A stretch of DNA of 64,000 nucleotides from Octopus sinensis (GCF_006345805.1 NC_043000.1:141298001-141362000); one strand, 5' to 3'; positions 13,033 to 26,640 are shown, counted from the first letter of the stretch. Notes: generated from the sequence alone by a model not told the origin. Numbers and translations: made by a program.

Positions 13033-13723
13033 TTATATATATATATATATCTGTGAGGACAGTGAGAATAAGCTTTCGTGCTTTTTTTCTCTGCGGATTC
13101 CGACTTTGTCTCCAACAGAGATTCTGAATATGCTAAAAACATCTACTTTTAGATGTTTTAATACACCCACTCTTTAACTTTTCAATTTTTTCTCCGAAAT
13201 TTTACGACTAGGGTTAAGGGTTATATACGGATGCACAAACGCACAAAAGGAGAAAATTGAAACAAATATGTACAACTTATTCCGAACCCCACACCACCAC
13301 CACCACCAGCACCACCAGTGGGCAACAGTTCGCAAAAGTAACCTCCAATTGTTTTCCCCCAAATTCCTATGTTTGGAATCTACTTAGTCCGAGGTATATT
13401 TGTAGACAATTTCATTAAAAAAATTTCCATTTTCCTTAAAGTCAAGACGAATTGGACTCCGGTGTATTTTCTGAAAATCCCCCCTCCACCCCTCCTAAAA
13501 AACACTCTATCCCCTAAATTTTGTATATTAGAACTACCTGATTTTTTTAAACAATTTAAATAGTGAGAACATCGGATAAAACATGTTATTAACATTAATA
13601 ATTTGTACCTCAGCTAATTACTGTTGAGAACTGCATAGTCAACGTTTCATGTTAGAGATCTAAAAGGCACTTCTAAATTTCATTATTTTCTTTAACCCGG
13701 GCAACGCCAGGTATTTCTGCTAG
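13033..13723 (+). mobile_element. Non-autonomous Helitron
   Basis: 3' end CC.GG-type subterminal palindrome (CCCGGGCAACGCCAGG) followed by TATTTCTG-CTAG|T at 13720-13724; 5' end lies in a TA tract and is approximate. Confidence 0.7.
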
Positions 13724-13726
13724 TAC

Positions 13727-14455
<729 letters not shown>

Positions 14456-14485
14456 TGTTATTCCGATTATGAAAGAAAATGCAAT

Positions 14486-14636
14486 AACTACTACCACTAC
14501 CACTACTAATACTACTTCTACTACTACTACTGCTGCTGCTGCTACTACTACTATCATTGTTATTATTGCAATTATTATTATTATAATTTATATTATAATC
14601 ATTGTTATTATTATTATTTTTATTATTAATATTATA

Positions 14637-14686
<50 letters not shown>

Positions 14687-14888
14687 CATTATTATCATTA
14701 TTATTATTACTATTATTATTATTACCATTATTATTATCATCATCATCCTCCTGATCATTATTATTATCATTATTATTATTATTATTATTATTTATTATTA
14801 TTATTACTATCATTATTATTATTACCATTATTATTATTATCATCATCATCATTATTATTATTATCATTATTATTATTATTATTGTTAT

Positions 14889-14936
<48 letters not shown>

Positions 14937-14937
14937 G

Positions 14938-14988
<51 letters not shown>
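14486..14988. repeat. Compound trinucleotide microsatellite (ACT/GCT/ATT/CAT)
   Basis: Directly visible; source of the spurious poly-I/Y/N ORFs. Confidence 0.95.
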
Positions 14989-14989
<1 letters not shown>

Positions 14990-15375
14990 TTGTGGCAATA
15001 AAAATCAAATGCTACTTTCTACTGCAATAGATAAATTACAAAAAAATTTTGCAGAAGAAGAAAAAAAGGTAAACAATAAGAGGAACAACAACAACATATG
15101 AACATTCTCTCCTACCGGAATGGCACTACACAAATCCGATGCTCACAGTCAAATACACTATAGCCCATAATACACACACATACACACACATATGCATATT
15201 CATATATGCATTCACACATGAATTCTTTGATGCAATAAAACCAATTTAATGTGATATATAGCAAGGAAAGAGAGGGTGAGAAAGAAAGAATACAGAAACA
15301 TTTATTGCTTCAGTTTAATGTACATGTATTGCATGCACTATTATTTTATATATTATTTGTGAGTGTGTGTGTTTA

Positions 15376-15420
<45 letters not shown>

Positions 15421-16069
15421 AATGTATATATTTATATATATATATATATATATAAATGTATATATTTATATATATATGTTTGTGTGTGTAGTTATATATA
15501 TGTGTATATATATGTGTGTGGTGTGTGTGTGCGTATTTATATATGTGTGCGGGTGGTGTGTGAATGTGTATGCATGCATGAATATATATTTATATGTGTG
15601 TATATATATGTATATATATATGTATATATATATGTATATATATATATATTTACATATATATACATATATATTTATATATATGTGTATATATATATATTTT
15701 TTTTTTTTTTACACCTACACACACATCTGTATCATATATATATATATATATATATATATACTTATATGCAATAGATAGATAGATTTGTATGTATAGATAT
15801 ACATACATGCATTTTTATGTGTATGTATGTGTGTATGTGTGTGTGTGTAAGCATATATACTATTTCTGCTATCTGCACAAACAAGGAACCCAAATATGTT
15901 TTAATGAAATATGTTACTTACTACTTACAACATGATATATGCTTTCTTGTGAAAGGGAAAATAGAATAAATAGTGGAAGCATTAGTTCTATGCTTCTACT
16001 AAAAAGAAACATTTATGAAGAAGAGGAAACAAGCAATTATATCAATAGCAATTGTACTTGCTATAATAA

Positions 16070-16071
16070 TA

Positions 16072-16113
<42 letters not shown>

Positions 16114-16160
16114 TAATAATAATAATAATAATATTAATAATAATAATAATAATAATAACT

Positions 16161-16204
<44 letters not shown>

Positions 16205-16217
16205 TGTAATAATAAAA
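16070..16217. repeat. (AAT)n microsatellite
   Basis: Directly visible. Confidence 0.95.
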
Positions 16218-16429
16218 TGAGCACTCAGCGAGCACAAAGCTCTGCCAAGGCAACACCAACATCCTCTCAACGATTAACCAAAGATGATTTTAAAATGAGA
16301 ATATCTGAAAGAAACTTGACTGCTCTCACAAATGAGAATACTAAAAATGAACCTGACTGCTCTGAAAAATTAAGTAAAAAAAAAACGGAAAAATAATCCA
16401 GTATCCTTGTTTGGTACCTGATCGATCCC
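16218..16429 (+). mobile_element. First half of a Helentron-associated (HINE/DINE-1-like) element
   Basis: GAGCACTCAGCGAGCAC...CCAAGGCAACACCAAC...TGATCGATCCC matches the reverse complement of 31345-31530. Confidence 0.65.
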
Positions 16430-17081
16430 AGTGGTAGTCATGGAGTGTGAAGTCAGGTGTGCAAGCAGTGTTTATAATACCGTGTGTGTCATCTGCAGTG
16501 GGAGCAGGAACAGTGGGAACAGGGCCTTTTTTTTAGTCTATTCTCTGGTATAATGTCTTTATAACCATTAAGGTCTGTATTCGAAAATTTATCTATGTGT
16601 GAAAGAAAACGGAAATGACCTGCATAGAGTGCTGTTAATGGAGGTTTAACAACATCATTGCACACAAAAACGTGTGTCCAAGAAGTAAAGCATCCTTCAA
16701 GGCAGAGTTAGAAATGCAATTATCAAGTAGTAAGAGGTTTTAAACAGGAGCCACGTATTCAAAATTGGTAATTCTAGAAATTGTCAAAGATAAATGAAAT
16801 TTATTATTGTTACTGAATATGTTATTTTTGTCTAATGTCTGAACAGTTTTGATGACATTTGGTTATGTAGTTTGATTTCTTTATCCATCAGTTTCTACTA
16901 AGATAGAGATTTGAGTAAAATTAATAACAGAGAAACAAAAATAAAGCTTTGGAAACAGCAACGCCGCCATAAGTTAAGTGGAAACCATGAGCGTGCTTTC
17001 AAGGGAGATAATCAGAGAAAGACTTGAAAGTCAGCATAAGATCGTAATACGTCATGAAAGGTAAAGTAAATATAACAAGTT

Positions 17082-17271
17082 ATCCAGAATCCTTTTCTGG
17101 TACCAGATCGATCCCCAAATCTACTCAGTTTTGTGCCAGTCATGAGGCCAAACATCACTGAAAGTTTCATCCAAATCCATCAAGCAGTTCTTGAGATAAC
17201 TTGTCCACAGACAAACAAACAAATAAACAAACACGACTGAAAACAATATCTCCGCCTTCGCTAAGGCAGAG

Positions 17272-17272
<1 letters not shown>
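17082..17272 (+). mobile_element. Second half of the HINE/DINE-1-like element, with terminal hairpin
   Basis: Matches the reverse complement of 31220-31370; internal (CAAA)n; ends in hairpin CTCCGCCTTCGCTAAGGCAGAGG followed by (TAG)n(TAA)n. Confidence 0.7.
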
Positions 17273-17359
<87 letters not shown>

Positions 17360-17360
<1 letters not shown>

Positions 17361-17600
17361 TGGGAACTGCCCATATCCTATGTAAAATACTGTCTACATA
17401 ATCTCAAACTGTAAAACAAACTCATAATTTTATGTTTTCTTAAACATTCTCTAGAACACTACTTTGTGCAAAACCAAATATATCACACCCTGACATAATA
17501 CCAATTTGAACTTCTCACTTGCTGTCTCTTTAGGTTTTCCTGATATCGTTCTTTTCTTGGTCTCAATCCTTTACTCTACAATCACTTAGATTTTATAGCA
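17360..17600 (+). mobile_element. 5'-truncated 3' end of an R4/Dong-like LINE
   Basis: Immediately after (AAT)n: TTG GGA ACT GCC CAT ATC CTA TGT AAA ATA CTG TCT ACA TAA = LGTAHILCKILST*, matching LLGTAHILRRTLSIQ* at 37.7 kb. Confidence 0.65.
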
Positions 17601-18219
17601 TTATTTACTGTACCCTTTTTTTACAGTCATATCACCTTCCATCTAGCTGGAAATTTATTCCACTCTCACATGTCAGCTACTATTTGCAGTATGTTATCTT
17701 CTTGAAACTGTGACATGCTTTATATCTCACAAACTACTTTACAGCATGTACTGAGTGTCATTTATGATGTTATCCATACTTGAATTTTTGTCTGATAGAA
17801 CTGGAGTATACTATCTACTCTGAATCAAGTTTTCTCTGAACAGCTGCTCTCCAAGATGGGCTGTTCTCACAGAAGCTCACAAAGTCTATGTCTCTTCTGT
17901 GATGTTGCTAGCAGCTAAGAGACCCTTAATAATAATAAGATGATATATATGTAAGGATTATTTGCTTAGGTTCTGCCTTTCTTGAGAAATGATAAATATT
18001 ATATATACTGCTCATGGCCACATTACAAATTACCTCCCTAAATATACTTTTCAGTTGATGAAGGTGAATACAAAGGGAGGGAGACAGAGAGAGATAGAGA
18101 GAGCGAGAGGTGGGCCAATAAGAGAAGGAGTTTTTTACAGTTACCTTTATGCAGTATTTCGTTTTTGAATTTGGTTTGCAAGATTCTTTATATGAGTTTG
18201 TATGTTGAAGCATATTCTG

Positions 18220-18393
18220 TTGTGTCTGGGAAGAGTAATTTTCTTTTTGTGCCTTATAATGTAACACACTCACCGGTGAAATTGCCACTTATTTCTTATT
18301 TATAAAAATAAATATAAGAAATAAGTGGAAATTTCACCGGTGAGTGTGTTACATTATAAGGCACAAAAGGAAAATGACTCTCCCCAGACACAA
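18220..18393. repeat. 174-bp fold-back inverted repeat
   Basis: Arms 18220-18299 and 18314-18393 are reverse complements with about 4 mismatches; 14-nt AT-rich loop; internal palindrome TCACCGGTGA in each arm. Confidence 0.92.
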
Positions 18394-19249
18394 TAGCTTA
18401 TGCAGTATGCTTTTTACTTTAGATGTTCTGAATATAAATCTCTACTATTAACTCACTATCAACTAACTAGGGAGCCTCTAAGTGGTGACTCGACCTGCTG
18501 GGAAAAATAGCCAAATATTCCACAAAATATACCTGGCTCTTTGAATTAAAGAAAGGATACATTTAAAAATGTAGTGTAGTCTAATGATTGCTACACAATG
18601 CCTGAAAAAAATTGGGTTATTTATAAGTGAAAAATCTTTTGACATATATTTAGTAACTGTTCATATTATACATGCTCTTTTCATCTCTAATTTAATATGC
18701 ATTTTGTCATCTCTCAATAAATGCTCTATTTTAATATGTTCCAGTTTCATTTTGTGTTTATTGATTCCATTGTTGGACATCAATTTTCATGATATTCTTT
18801 TAAGTATAGAATGTCGCCTTTCATGTGGTCCTTTATTTCTATATGGAATTTATGTTTATTTTTACTAATTATAAATTTTTATTATTTTTATATTTCTTTG
18901 TGAATTTACTTTTTATATATTTTAATTAAAAACGACATATTTAATTTAAATACTGAATATTGTTTCAATTTATTTCGTTTAGAATTTGTGTTTTGAATAA
19001 AAACTATCGCATGAGAATTTAACACATTTAGTCTCTATGTTATCAACAAATTATTCTTAGGCAATTAAATTGTAGAATATCAGCCTGTTTATCCCCAAGT
19101 CAATAATTATTCAGCAAATCTATGACAAAAGGTATTCCAGTTTCAACCATTTTATTACACACACATACATGCGCACGTACATACATACCTAAACACATAC
19201 ACACATACATATGTGTGTGTGTGTTTGTGTGTGTGTGTATATTACATCT

Positions 19250-19460
19250 TTTACTCATTTCAGTCATGAGACTGCTGGGGCACCACCTTGTAGTAATTTA
19301 ATAAAACAGATTGACCTCTGTATGTTTTTTTTGTTAAGTCTGGTATTTATTCTAATGTTTTCTTTTGTCAAAATGCTAAGTTACAGGAACTTTAACACAC
19401 TAAAACTAGTAGCCAAGTGTGGTGGGGCACAGACAAACAAACAAACACACACACACACAG
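19250..19460 (-). mobile_element. Partial, diverged SINE 3' half (family A-related)
   Basis: TTTTACTCATTTCAGTCAT.AGACTGC..GGGGCACCACC...GGTGGGGCACAGACAAACAAAC parallels the family A tail. Confidence 0.65.
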
Positions 19461-20192
19461 GGTGCAGCAGAAAGGTTGCCTCGATTTCAAAGATTAATAA
19501 AAAACAAACACATGAAGTTCATTAAATACCATTTTTTATCCTGTTTCAGGTATTACCTACCATAGCCTGGAGTAGAGAGCATTGTTTTTTCTTGTATCTT
19601 CATGTTTGTGTTTTTTTCTTATTAACCTTTGAAATAGGGCCAAACTTTCTGCCAAACCTGTATAATTTAAAATTTAACTTGTATGACAAATAACCAGTGG
19701 TTAAAAATTCCGTATGTGTTTTCATATAGCTATGGCGAGGTTATATAAAAGACATGTATTATTGTCTTTGTAACATTTTGTATGAATCAGTACCGGAGTG
19801 TGTCACAAAGAACATGGAGAAAACAAAAATAAAAGAGGAGGAATAGTCTATAAAACATTTAGTTACATCATTTTACGTACACCTCATTAACAAAGATCGA
19901 GTATCGTTATACATGGCAAATTACATAGTGAAATTATATTGTGAAATCTTCCCAGAAATGTAAAATTTATGATAGATTTGCCATCGAAGGAATAACCACT
20001 ATTTCTCAGATGCAACTTGATTATATAAATTGCCTTATAAACCTAATAATCATCATTTGTGAATGAAATGTATCTAAGATAATATAAGTAAATATTTTAT
20101 AAACACTCATATACATACGAGGAGCTTCCATACATTCTCCATCTACAATTTCCCTCGCAAGCCATTGGTATACATGCAAAGATACACACATA

Positions 20193-21291
20193 CAATGGGG
20201 TACCCAAAAGAAACCGGAATTTTGCAATATTATTTTATTCACTTAGTTTTACATGGGTGGAGGTAAAGGACATGGACCGCACCCGCCTTCATTTTTTTTT
20301 TTTTTTACAGAAACCCACTTTTTCAACTGCGGAGATACCGAATCTGCAAAAAAAAAAAAAATCTGCATTTCAAACTTTTAATAATCCTCCATCCACCTCA
20401 CCCCTGAATTTTTCACTTCCTTTAGAAAATTATTTGGCGGAATAAGTAGAAAAATACGAAGATTATGATTCTGAAAAAAAAAAAAAAATTCAATTTTTCA
20501 AAAAACTTTTTTTTCCAGAATTATAATCTCCGTATTTTTCTGCGTATTTCGCCAAAAAGGTTTCTAAAAAAGTGAAAAATTGGCAGGGATTAAAATTTTG
20601 AAATGCCGATTATTTTTGCAGATTCGGAATCTCCGCAGTCGAGACGGTGGGTTTCTGTAGAAAAACAAAAAAAAAAACCGAAAGTGGGTGCGGTCCATAT
20701 CCTTTACCTCCGCCTTTTACATGTTTACACTTTCATCGCATTCAAAGTATTCTGCATTGGAAGCAATGCATCAATCCAGACGCGTTTTCCACTGTTCGAA
20801 GCAGTGCTGGAATTCTTGAAAAGAGATGTCTTTTAACGCCTCTGTCGTTTTTTCCTTGAGGCACAACTCTTTTGATTTACAATTCCTCGCTCAATCTTCG
20901 TTGGTAGGAGTTCTAGGACACACCAGTCATATGCACAAGTTCGTCAAATGTTCAGTTATGACTCCATATGAGTTTTCATAATGTTTTCATTTGTTCGGGA
21001 GTTCGACAGTCGCCCTGAACGAAGTAGATCTTCAAGCGACAAGTGACCATTCCTAAAACGCGAAAAACCATTCGGAAACTTGCGTTTTGATCATGGAAGC
21101 GTCTTTGTAAGCTGTTTGAAGCATTACGACTGTTTCGGTCGCCGTTTTCCCCAGCAGAAAACAGAATTTCAGCCATCGCAAAAATCCACAAACACCGGTC
21201 AGCGTACTGATTCCTGGGGGTTTTATCAAGTCACTTCGAACGGCGAAACCCCGAACTACAACGGGCTTGTCTCACAGAGTACCCCATCGCA
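20193..21291 (-). mobile_element. Internally deleted mariner element, interrupted by a MITE
   Basis: Minus strand encodes LKFCFLLGKTATETVVMLQTAYKDASMIKTQVSEWFSRFRNGHLSLEDLLRSGR (mariner HTH) joined to KTTEALKDISFQEFQHCFEQWKTRLD*CIASNAEYFE (C-terminus); catalytic DDD region missing; partial TIR ATGGGGTACYC at both ends next to TA. Confidence 0.8.
20256..20714. mobile_element. Mutator-type fold-back MITE
   Basis: Perfect 9-bp TSD TTTTACATG (20247-20255, 20715-20723); termini GG(T/C)GGAGGTAAAGGA; the inverted match runs almost to the centre (about 230-bp arms). A 9-bp TSD with long TIRs is the MULE signature. Confidence 0.85.
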
Positions 21292-22185
21292 TAGCTACTA
21301 CTATTGTAATAGGAAAGATGTAAGTCATTTGAGTTAATCGAGTGACCCAATAACACTTAAACTGTGAGATGTTATTTGTTGGTTTTTGCATAAATGATTT
21401 ATTTGGATAAACAGTTCACTTAAATGTGTGAAGTTAGATTTATATTTAATGTGTGTGTGTGTGTGTGTGTGTATGTGCATATGTATATATATATCAATAT
21501 ATGTACGTATGTATGTGTGCGTGTATAACTATCATAATATTAATATCATAGTAATGGAAGCTGTCACATTAAGGGAAATAATTCAAAGTAAAAGTGGTTA
21601 CTGTGTCGACAAAGAGCGTGAGGGTGAGAGAAGGTGGAGAAGAGAGAGAGAGAGAGAGAGAGGGGAGAAAGAAAGAGAGGAGAAAAGAGAGAGAGGGGGA
21701 GAGGGAGAAGGAGAGAGATAGAGAATCAAGATATAATTTGAGTTATACTAAGTGCGTTACTGTCGGGTAGTCGTGTCGCTTACAGATAGGAGAACAAAGA
21801 ACGCTGACGTAAAAATCACACACATACACACACACATAGATACGTACGTACATACACAAAGACAGATACGTATGTACACACACAAACACAAACACAACTG
21901 TCTATATGTTTGTCCCTGTGTGCATTCGATATGTTAAGAACTGAAATAGTTTGTCGGGAGGTAATTATATTGGTAAGACTCGGCGGTGGTCGTCGTACGC
22001 AGTAGCAATAAAATGTTGAAAATACTGACTGGCTTTACGCATCTGCGTTGGTGCATTTAATTGTCTGCTAAAATTATCTTCATAGATTTCAACTTTCAAA
22101 AAGTCGTATAGCGAAATCATAGACAATGAATTGAGAGTCAATATTAAATATATATATATATATATATATTGAGAGTCAATAGTAA

Positions 22186-22293
<108 letters not shown>

Positions 22294-22616
22294 AAAATAG
22301 TAAAGTGTGAAAAAACGACAGAAGGCTTAAATGTTAAAAAATATATATATTTGTGTCAAAATGTCTGGAGAATATTGGAAAAATTTTTTTTTTTTTTTTT
22401 TTTTCCTTTCCTTAAAATGACATAATTTAAAAAATTTTTAAAGAAATTACCGGTTTCGCGTGTAGCTTTTCAAATTTCTTGTGACGTTATGTTTATATTG
22501 CATGGAATTATCGTTGTTTTTATTTCCAGGAGATTTCTAAATAAGGGGAGGTAGTGAGTGATTTTTTCCGGTGTAGGGGAGATAATCGCTTAAAAATTTT
22601 TTTTTCCTTTTCCTTG

Positions 22617-23400
22617 TTAATTTCTCTGTGTCAGTATGTTCGGATGGTTGAGTCTGGGTTTGTACTTTTCAATGAAGAATGTTTCCTTGTTCAGTCTCAT
22701 TTGTGTTGATGATCCGAAAGCACATTGGTAAAATGGGAAGATTAAAAATTGTGGCAGTAGTTGCTTTGCGCATTTCTCAATGTGCTCACTAAAAGGTATC
22801 ATTCTATATTCTGGGAATGCAATCTGTTGTCGATGCAGTGTGCATCTGCGCCTGAGTGATAGTCCCGTGGAACCCACGTAGTCTTGGTGGCAGCCCGAGC
22901 ATTTAATAACATAAATTATGTTTTCAGAGGCACAAGTAAAGTTAGATTTGATCTTAAATTTCTGTCCCTCTTTAAAGAAGAATTCTGATCCTTCCAATAG
23001 GTTAGGACATGTTGCACAGTTCGATCTACCACATTTTTTTACTTTTGCATCCGTAATTTTAGAAGACAATTTTGCCTTTGTGAGAATCTTTTTAAGTGAT
23101 TTAGGCTGTTTGTAGCTTTTAATGATTTGGTGTATGTTTAGAATTTCCTTTAATTTTGGGTTTTTATGAAGTATTGGTAAATTCTGGGTGATGATGGTGA
23201 AGGCTTCTTTGTTTCTGGGGTTGTATGTAGATATGTAAGGTAGTATTTTCGGGGAAGGTGTGTTGTTGTGTTGAACTTTTCTTAAAGTTTCTATGTTGAT
23301 TTCTGTTGCACGTCTGATCCCATCCTCTATGAGTTGAGCTGGGTAATGTCTGTCAATTAGGGTGTTTTTGAGTTCTTGCAGTCTAAAGTTCCTGGTATTT
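22617..23400 (-). CDS. Inverted second copy of the PLE GIY-YIG frame
   Basis: Track ORF 22617-23069(-) gives the same 150-aa translation as the last 150 codons of 24065-24859; DNA identity continues to the deletion junction at 23400-23402. Confidence 0.85.
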
Positions 23401-23489
23401 TGATTTAGTAATGAATTCCTTACTGATCCTCTTTGGTATTTCTTCCGGAAATTGGTCTAACCAGAATTGTATTGCCTCCAGTCCATAAT

Positions 23490-24064
23490 TATACCAGTAT
23501 ACCTCATAATTATGGACTGGAGGCAATACAATTCTGGTTAGACCAATTTCCGGAAGAAATACCAAAAAGGATCAGTAAGGAATTCATTACTAAATCAATT
23601 GAATTCATCCTACACAATAACCACTTCATGTTTGACAATACATTTTACCGTCAAAAATCCGGAATTGCTATGGGTACAAGGGCAGCACCAGTCATTGCGA
23701 ACTTAACAATGGGATACATGGAAATAATCATTTACCAGGAATCTCTATCAATCTTTGGAAACTCCCTCTCTCAATACATAAAAGAGAATTGGAAACGATT
23801 CCTAGAGGATTGTTTCATTCTCTGGAATGAAAACATAGATAAACTCCTAAAATTTAAAAACCTATTGAACAGCATAAACCCAAATATACAGTTCACAATG
23901 GAATACAACCAAAAGGAGCTCCCGTTCTTGGATATACTAATTAAAAAACAGACATTTTTTACAAAGCCACAGACGCCAAACAATACCTTCTTTTTAATTC
24001 ATGCCACCCAAGACACACTAAAACAAACATCCCCTTCAACCTTGCAAGAAGGATATGCACAATA
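23490..24064 (+). pseudogene. 5'-truncated, inactivated PLE reverse transcriptase
   Basis: YTSIPHNYGLEAI...YRQKSGIAMGTRAAPVIANL.MG...WKRFLEDCFILW (catalytic xxDD reads FLED)...IQFTMEYNQKELPFLDILIKK, then a frameshift before TDIFYKATDAKQYLLFNSCHPRHTKTNIPFNLARRIC. Confidence 0.9.
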
Positions 24065-24859
24065 GTGTCAGAACAAAATACCAGGAACTTTAGACTGCAA
24101 GAACTCAAAAACACCCTAATTGACAGACATTACCCAGCTCAACTCATAGAGGATGGGATCAGACGTGCAACAGAAATCAACATAGAAACTTTAAGAAAAG
24201 TTCAACACAACAACACACCTTCCCCGAAAATACTACCTTACATATCTACATACAACCCCAGAAACAAAGAAGCCTTCACCATCATCACCCAGAATTTACC
24301 AATACTTCATAAAAACCCAAAATTAAAGGAAATTCTAAACATACACCAAATCATTAAAAGCTACAAACAGCCTAAATCACTTAAAAAGATTCTCACAAAG
24401 GCAAAATTGTCTTCTAAAATTACGGATGCAAAAGTAAAAAAATGTGGTAGATCGAACTGTGCAACATGTCCTAACCTATTGGAAGGATCAGAATTCTTCT
24501 TTAAAGAGGGACAGAAATTTAAGATCAAATCTAACTTTACTTGTGCCTCTGAAAACATAATTTATGTTATTAAATGCTCGGGCTGCCACCAAGACTACGT
24601 GGGTTCCACGGGACTATCACTCAGGCGCAGATGCACACTGCATCGACAACAGATTGCATTCCCAGAATATAGAATGATACCTTTTAGTGAGCACATTGAG
24701 AAATGCGCAAAGCAACTACTGCCACAATTTTTAATCTTCCCATTTTACCAATGTGCTTTCGGATCATCAACACAAATGAGACTGAACAAGGAAACATTCT
24801 TCATTGAAAAGTACAAACCCAGACTCAACCATCCGAACATACTGACACAGAGAAATTAA
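24065..24859 (+). CDS. PLE thumb/linker plus GIY-YIG endonuclease, open for 264 aa
   Basis: CGRSNCATC, IIYVIKCSGCHQDYVGST (GIY-YIG), conserved R..H, EHIEKC, and KETFFIEKYKPRLN. The GTG start is not native; this is the tail of the PLE pol ORF. Confidence 0.88.
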   Translation: MSEQNTRNFRLQELKNTLIDRHYPAQLIEDGIRRATEINIETLRKVQHNNTPSPKILPYISTYNPRNKEAFTIITQNLPILHKNPKLKEILNIHQIIKSYKQPKSLKKILTKAKLSSKITDAKVKKCGRSNCATCPNLLEGSEFFFKEGQKFKIKSNFTCASENIIYVIKCSGCHQDYVGSTGLSLRRRCTLHRQQIAFPEYRMIPFSEHIEKCAKQLLPQFLIFPFYQCAFGSSTQMRLNKETFFIEKYKPRLNHPNILTQRN

Positions 24860-25255
24860 CAAGGAAAAGGAAAAAAAAATTTTTAAGCGATTATCTCCCC
24901 TACACCGGAAAAAATCACTCACTACCTCCCCTTATTTAGAAATCTCCTGGAAATAAAAACAACGATAATTCCATGCAATATAAACATAACGTCACAAGAA
25001 ATTTGAAAAGCTACACGCGAAACCGGTAATTTCTTTAAAAATTTTTTAAATTATGTCATTTTAAGGAAAGGAAAAAAAAAAAAAAAAAAAAAAATTTTTC
25101 CAATATTCTCCAGACATTTTGACAAAGCCTTCTGTCGTTTTTTCACACTTTACTATTTTCTTATATATTCACCCACGTGCTTTACCAAACAAACTTTCTT
25201 ATCTATATATATATATATATTATATATATATATATATGCACACATATATATATAT

Positions 25256-25520
25256 ATCTTCTATATATATAAAACTGAAAATGTGTGTCGGTCTGTCTGT
25301 CTGTCTGTGTGTTTCCCTAAAACTTTAGAGCTACACAACCAATTTCATTCAAATTTTACTTAGGGCTCATGTAATTTCATGGGCAAAACAATGTTCAACT
25401 TCTTGCCTAGAGTGAGCCCATAGCAATCTCATATCTTCTCCACTATTTCAGTATTACGTGTTAAAAGTGAAACAAAAACATTTCTCTATTTTATGTCAGA
25501 TACTTTCACTTTAACAATAA
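25256..25520 (+). mobile_element. Non-autonomous Helitron 5' fragment
   Basis: A|TCTTCTATATATATAAAACTGAAAATGTGTGTC(GGTC)(TGTC)n start is of the same type as the 5' TC ends of the Helitrons at 44757 and 31813; no 3' hairpin-CTAG found. Confidence 0.5.
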
Positions 25521-26145
25521 AAATAATAATAACAATTGAATTATATGTAGTAAGCAATAATTAAAATCAAACTAAAGCATAATATAATCGTAACATAACA
25601 AATGTAAAAATAGCAATTGGTATAAAATTACATCAATGACTTGAACTTGAATAAGTGGTTTCACATGAATGGGAATAAATTAAAAATAAAATTAGTGTGC
25701 AGAAATGGAATAGTCCAGATGGAGCTGTGCACATACCTTTTACCACGGCTTTTACATTAGATTATCTGCTAATTATCTAGCATTAAGTATCTATATGAAA
25801 TTTGGCTGTATGTAATATCTATTTTCTCGAACAGACGCTTCTACTGAGTACTGTTGTTGGTTTATTTCTTATACATAAAGGACTATAACTTCAACTGCGT
25901 ACTGCTTTTTGATTCACCGTAAGGTTTGTTGTTATTATTATTATTACTGTTTAACTAGTGTTATCACGTTTGTTGGTTCCTCGTAAGGGAAAGGTTGTTG
26001 TGTTGAATTTGTTAAATAATTGTAAATCATAACCCTTCCCCTTTGGGAGAAGGAGCTTTGGTTATTGTTTAAAAATAGAATTGTGCCCCTGTTTGGGGAA
26101 ATTGACAATATTTTCACCGTTTATACGGAAGCATTTTTGTTAAAA

Positions 26146-26640
26146 TGTCTTCGATAGAAGAAAGTCCAAAAATGAATTTCGCTGCAGCCGTCGGCTGGCG
26201 CGAACTCATTAAAATTAAAATGGAAGAAATACAAACCTATTTCGGATTGATCACCGACAAAGACGATGAATCTAGGATAACACCACCAAACGAAATAAAA
26301 AATTAAATTAAAGAAAAGACTATTGTCTATAAAGTATACAATGTAGAGAAAAAAAGATTTGAACATCGAAAAGTGTCTTGGTGCGAATATGAAAGATATT
26401 AAGTATCTAACTAGAGGCGGTAAATTCGCCACAATAGAAGCAAGGTTCGAGTCAACGGAGCGTACAAGGGAGTACTCAACTCGAACCTTGCAAAGTGGAA
26501 ATAATTTATTTTTACCTTTATATCTGGGACGTCGGACGTCCCGGATAAAAATTTAAAATGTCCCCCCAGAAGCAGAGGTAGGCTGGATTGTAGCCACACT
26601 TCTATACAAGAGGGAGGACAAGATACAATTGATCGAAATT
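26146..26640 (+). mobile_element. Decayed ORF1-like relic of an L1/Tx1-type LINE
   Basis: Protein-like run EEIQTYFGLITDKDDESR...IKYLTRGGKFATIEARFES...FLPLYLGRRTSRIKI*NVPPEAEVAWIVATLL broken by stops; the family assignment is from memory only. Confidence 0.4.

Noticed and set aside
19530-19580. Strong-looking 3' splice site TTTTTTATCCTGTTTCAG
   Set aside because: Only short, unrecognisable frames follow; no partner exon identified.
24860-25167. Expected hammerhead in the 3' region of the palindromic PLE
   Set aside because: No CTGANGA/GAAA arrangement found on either strand; this copy appears to lack the ribozyme-bearing part.
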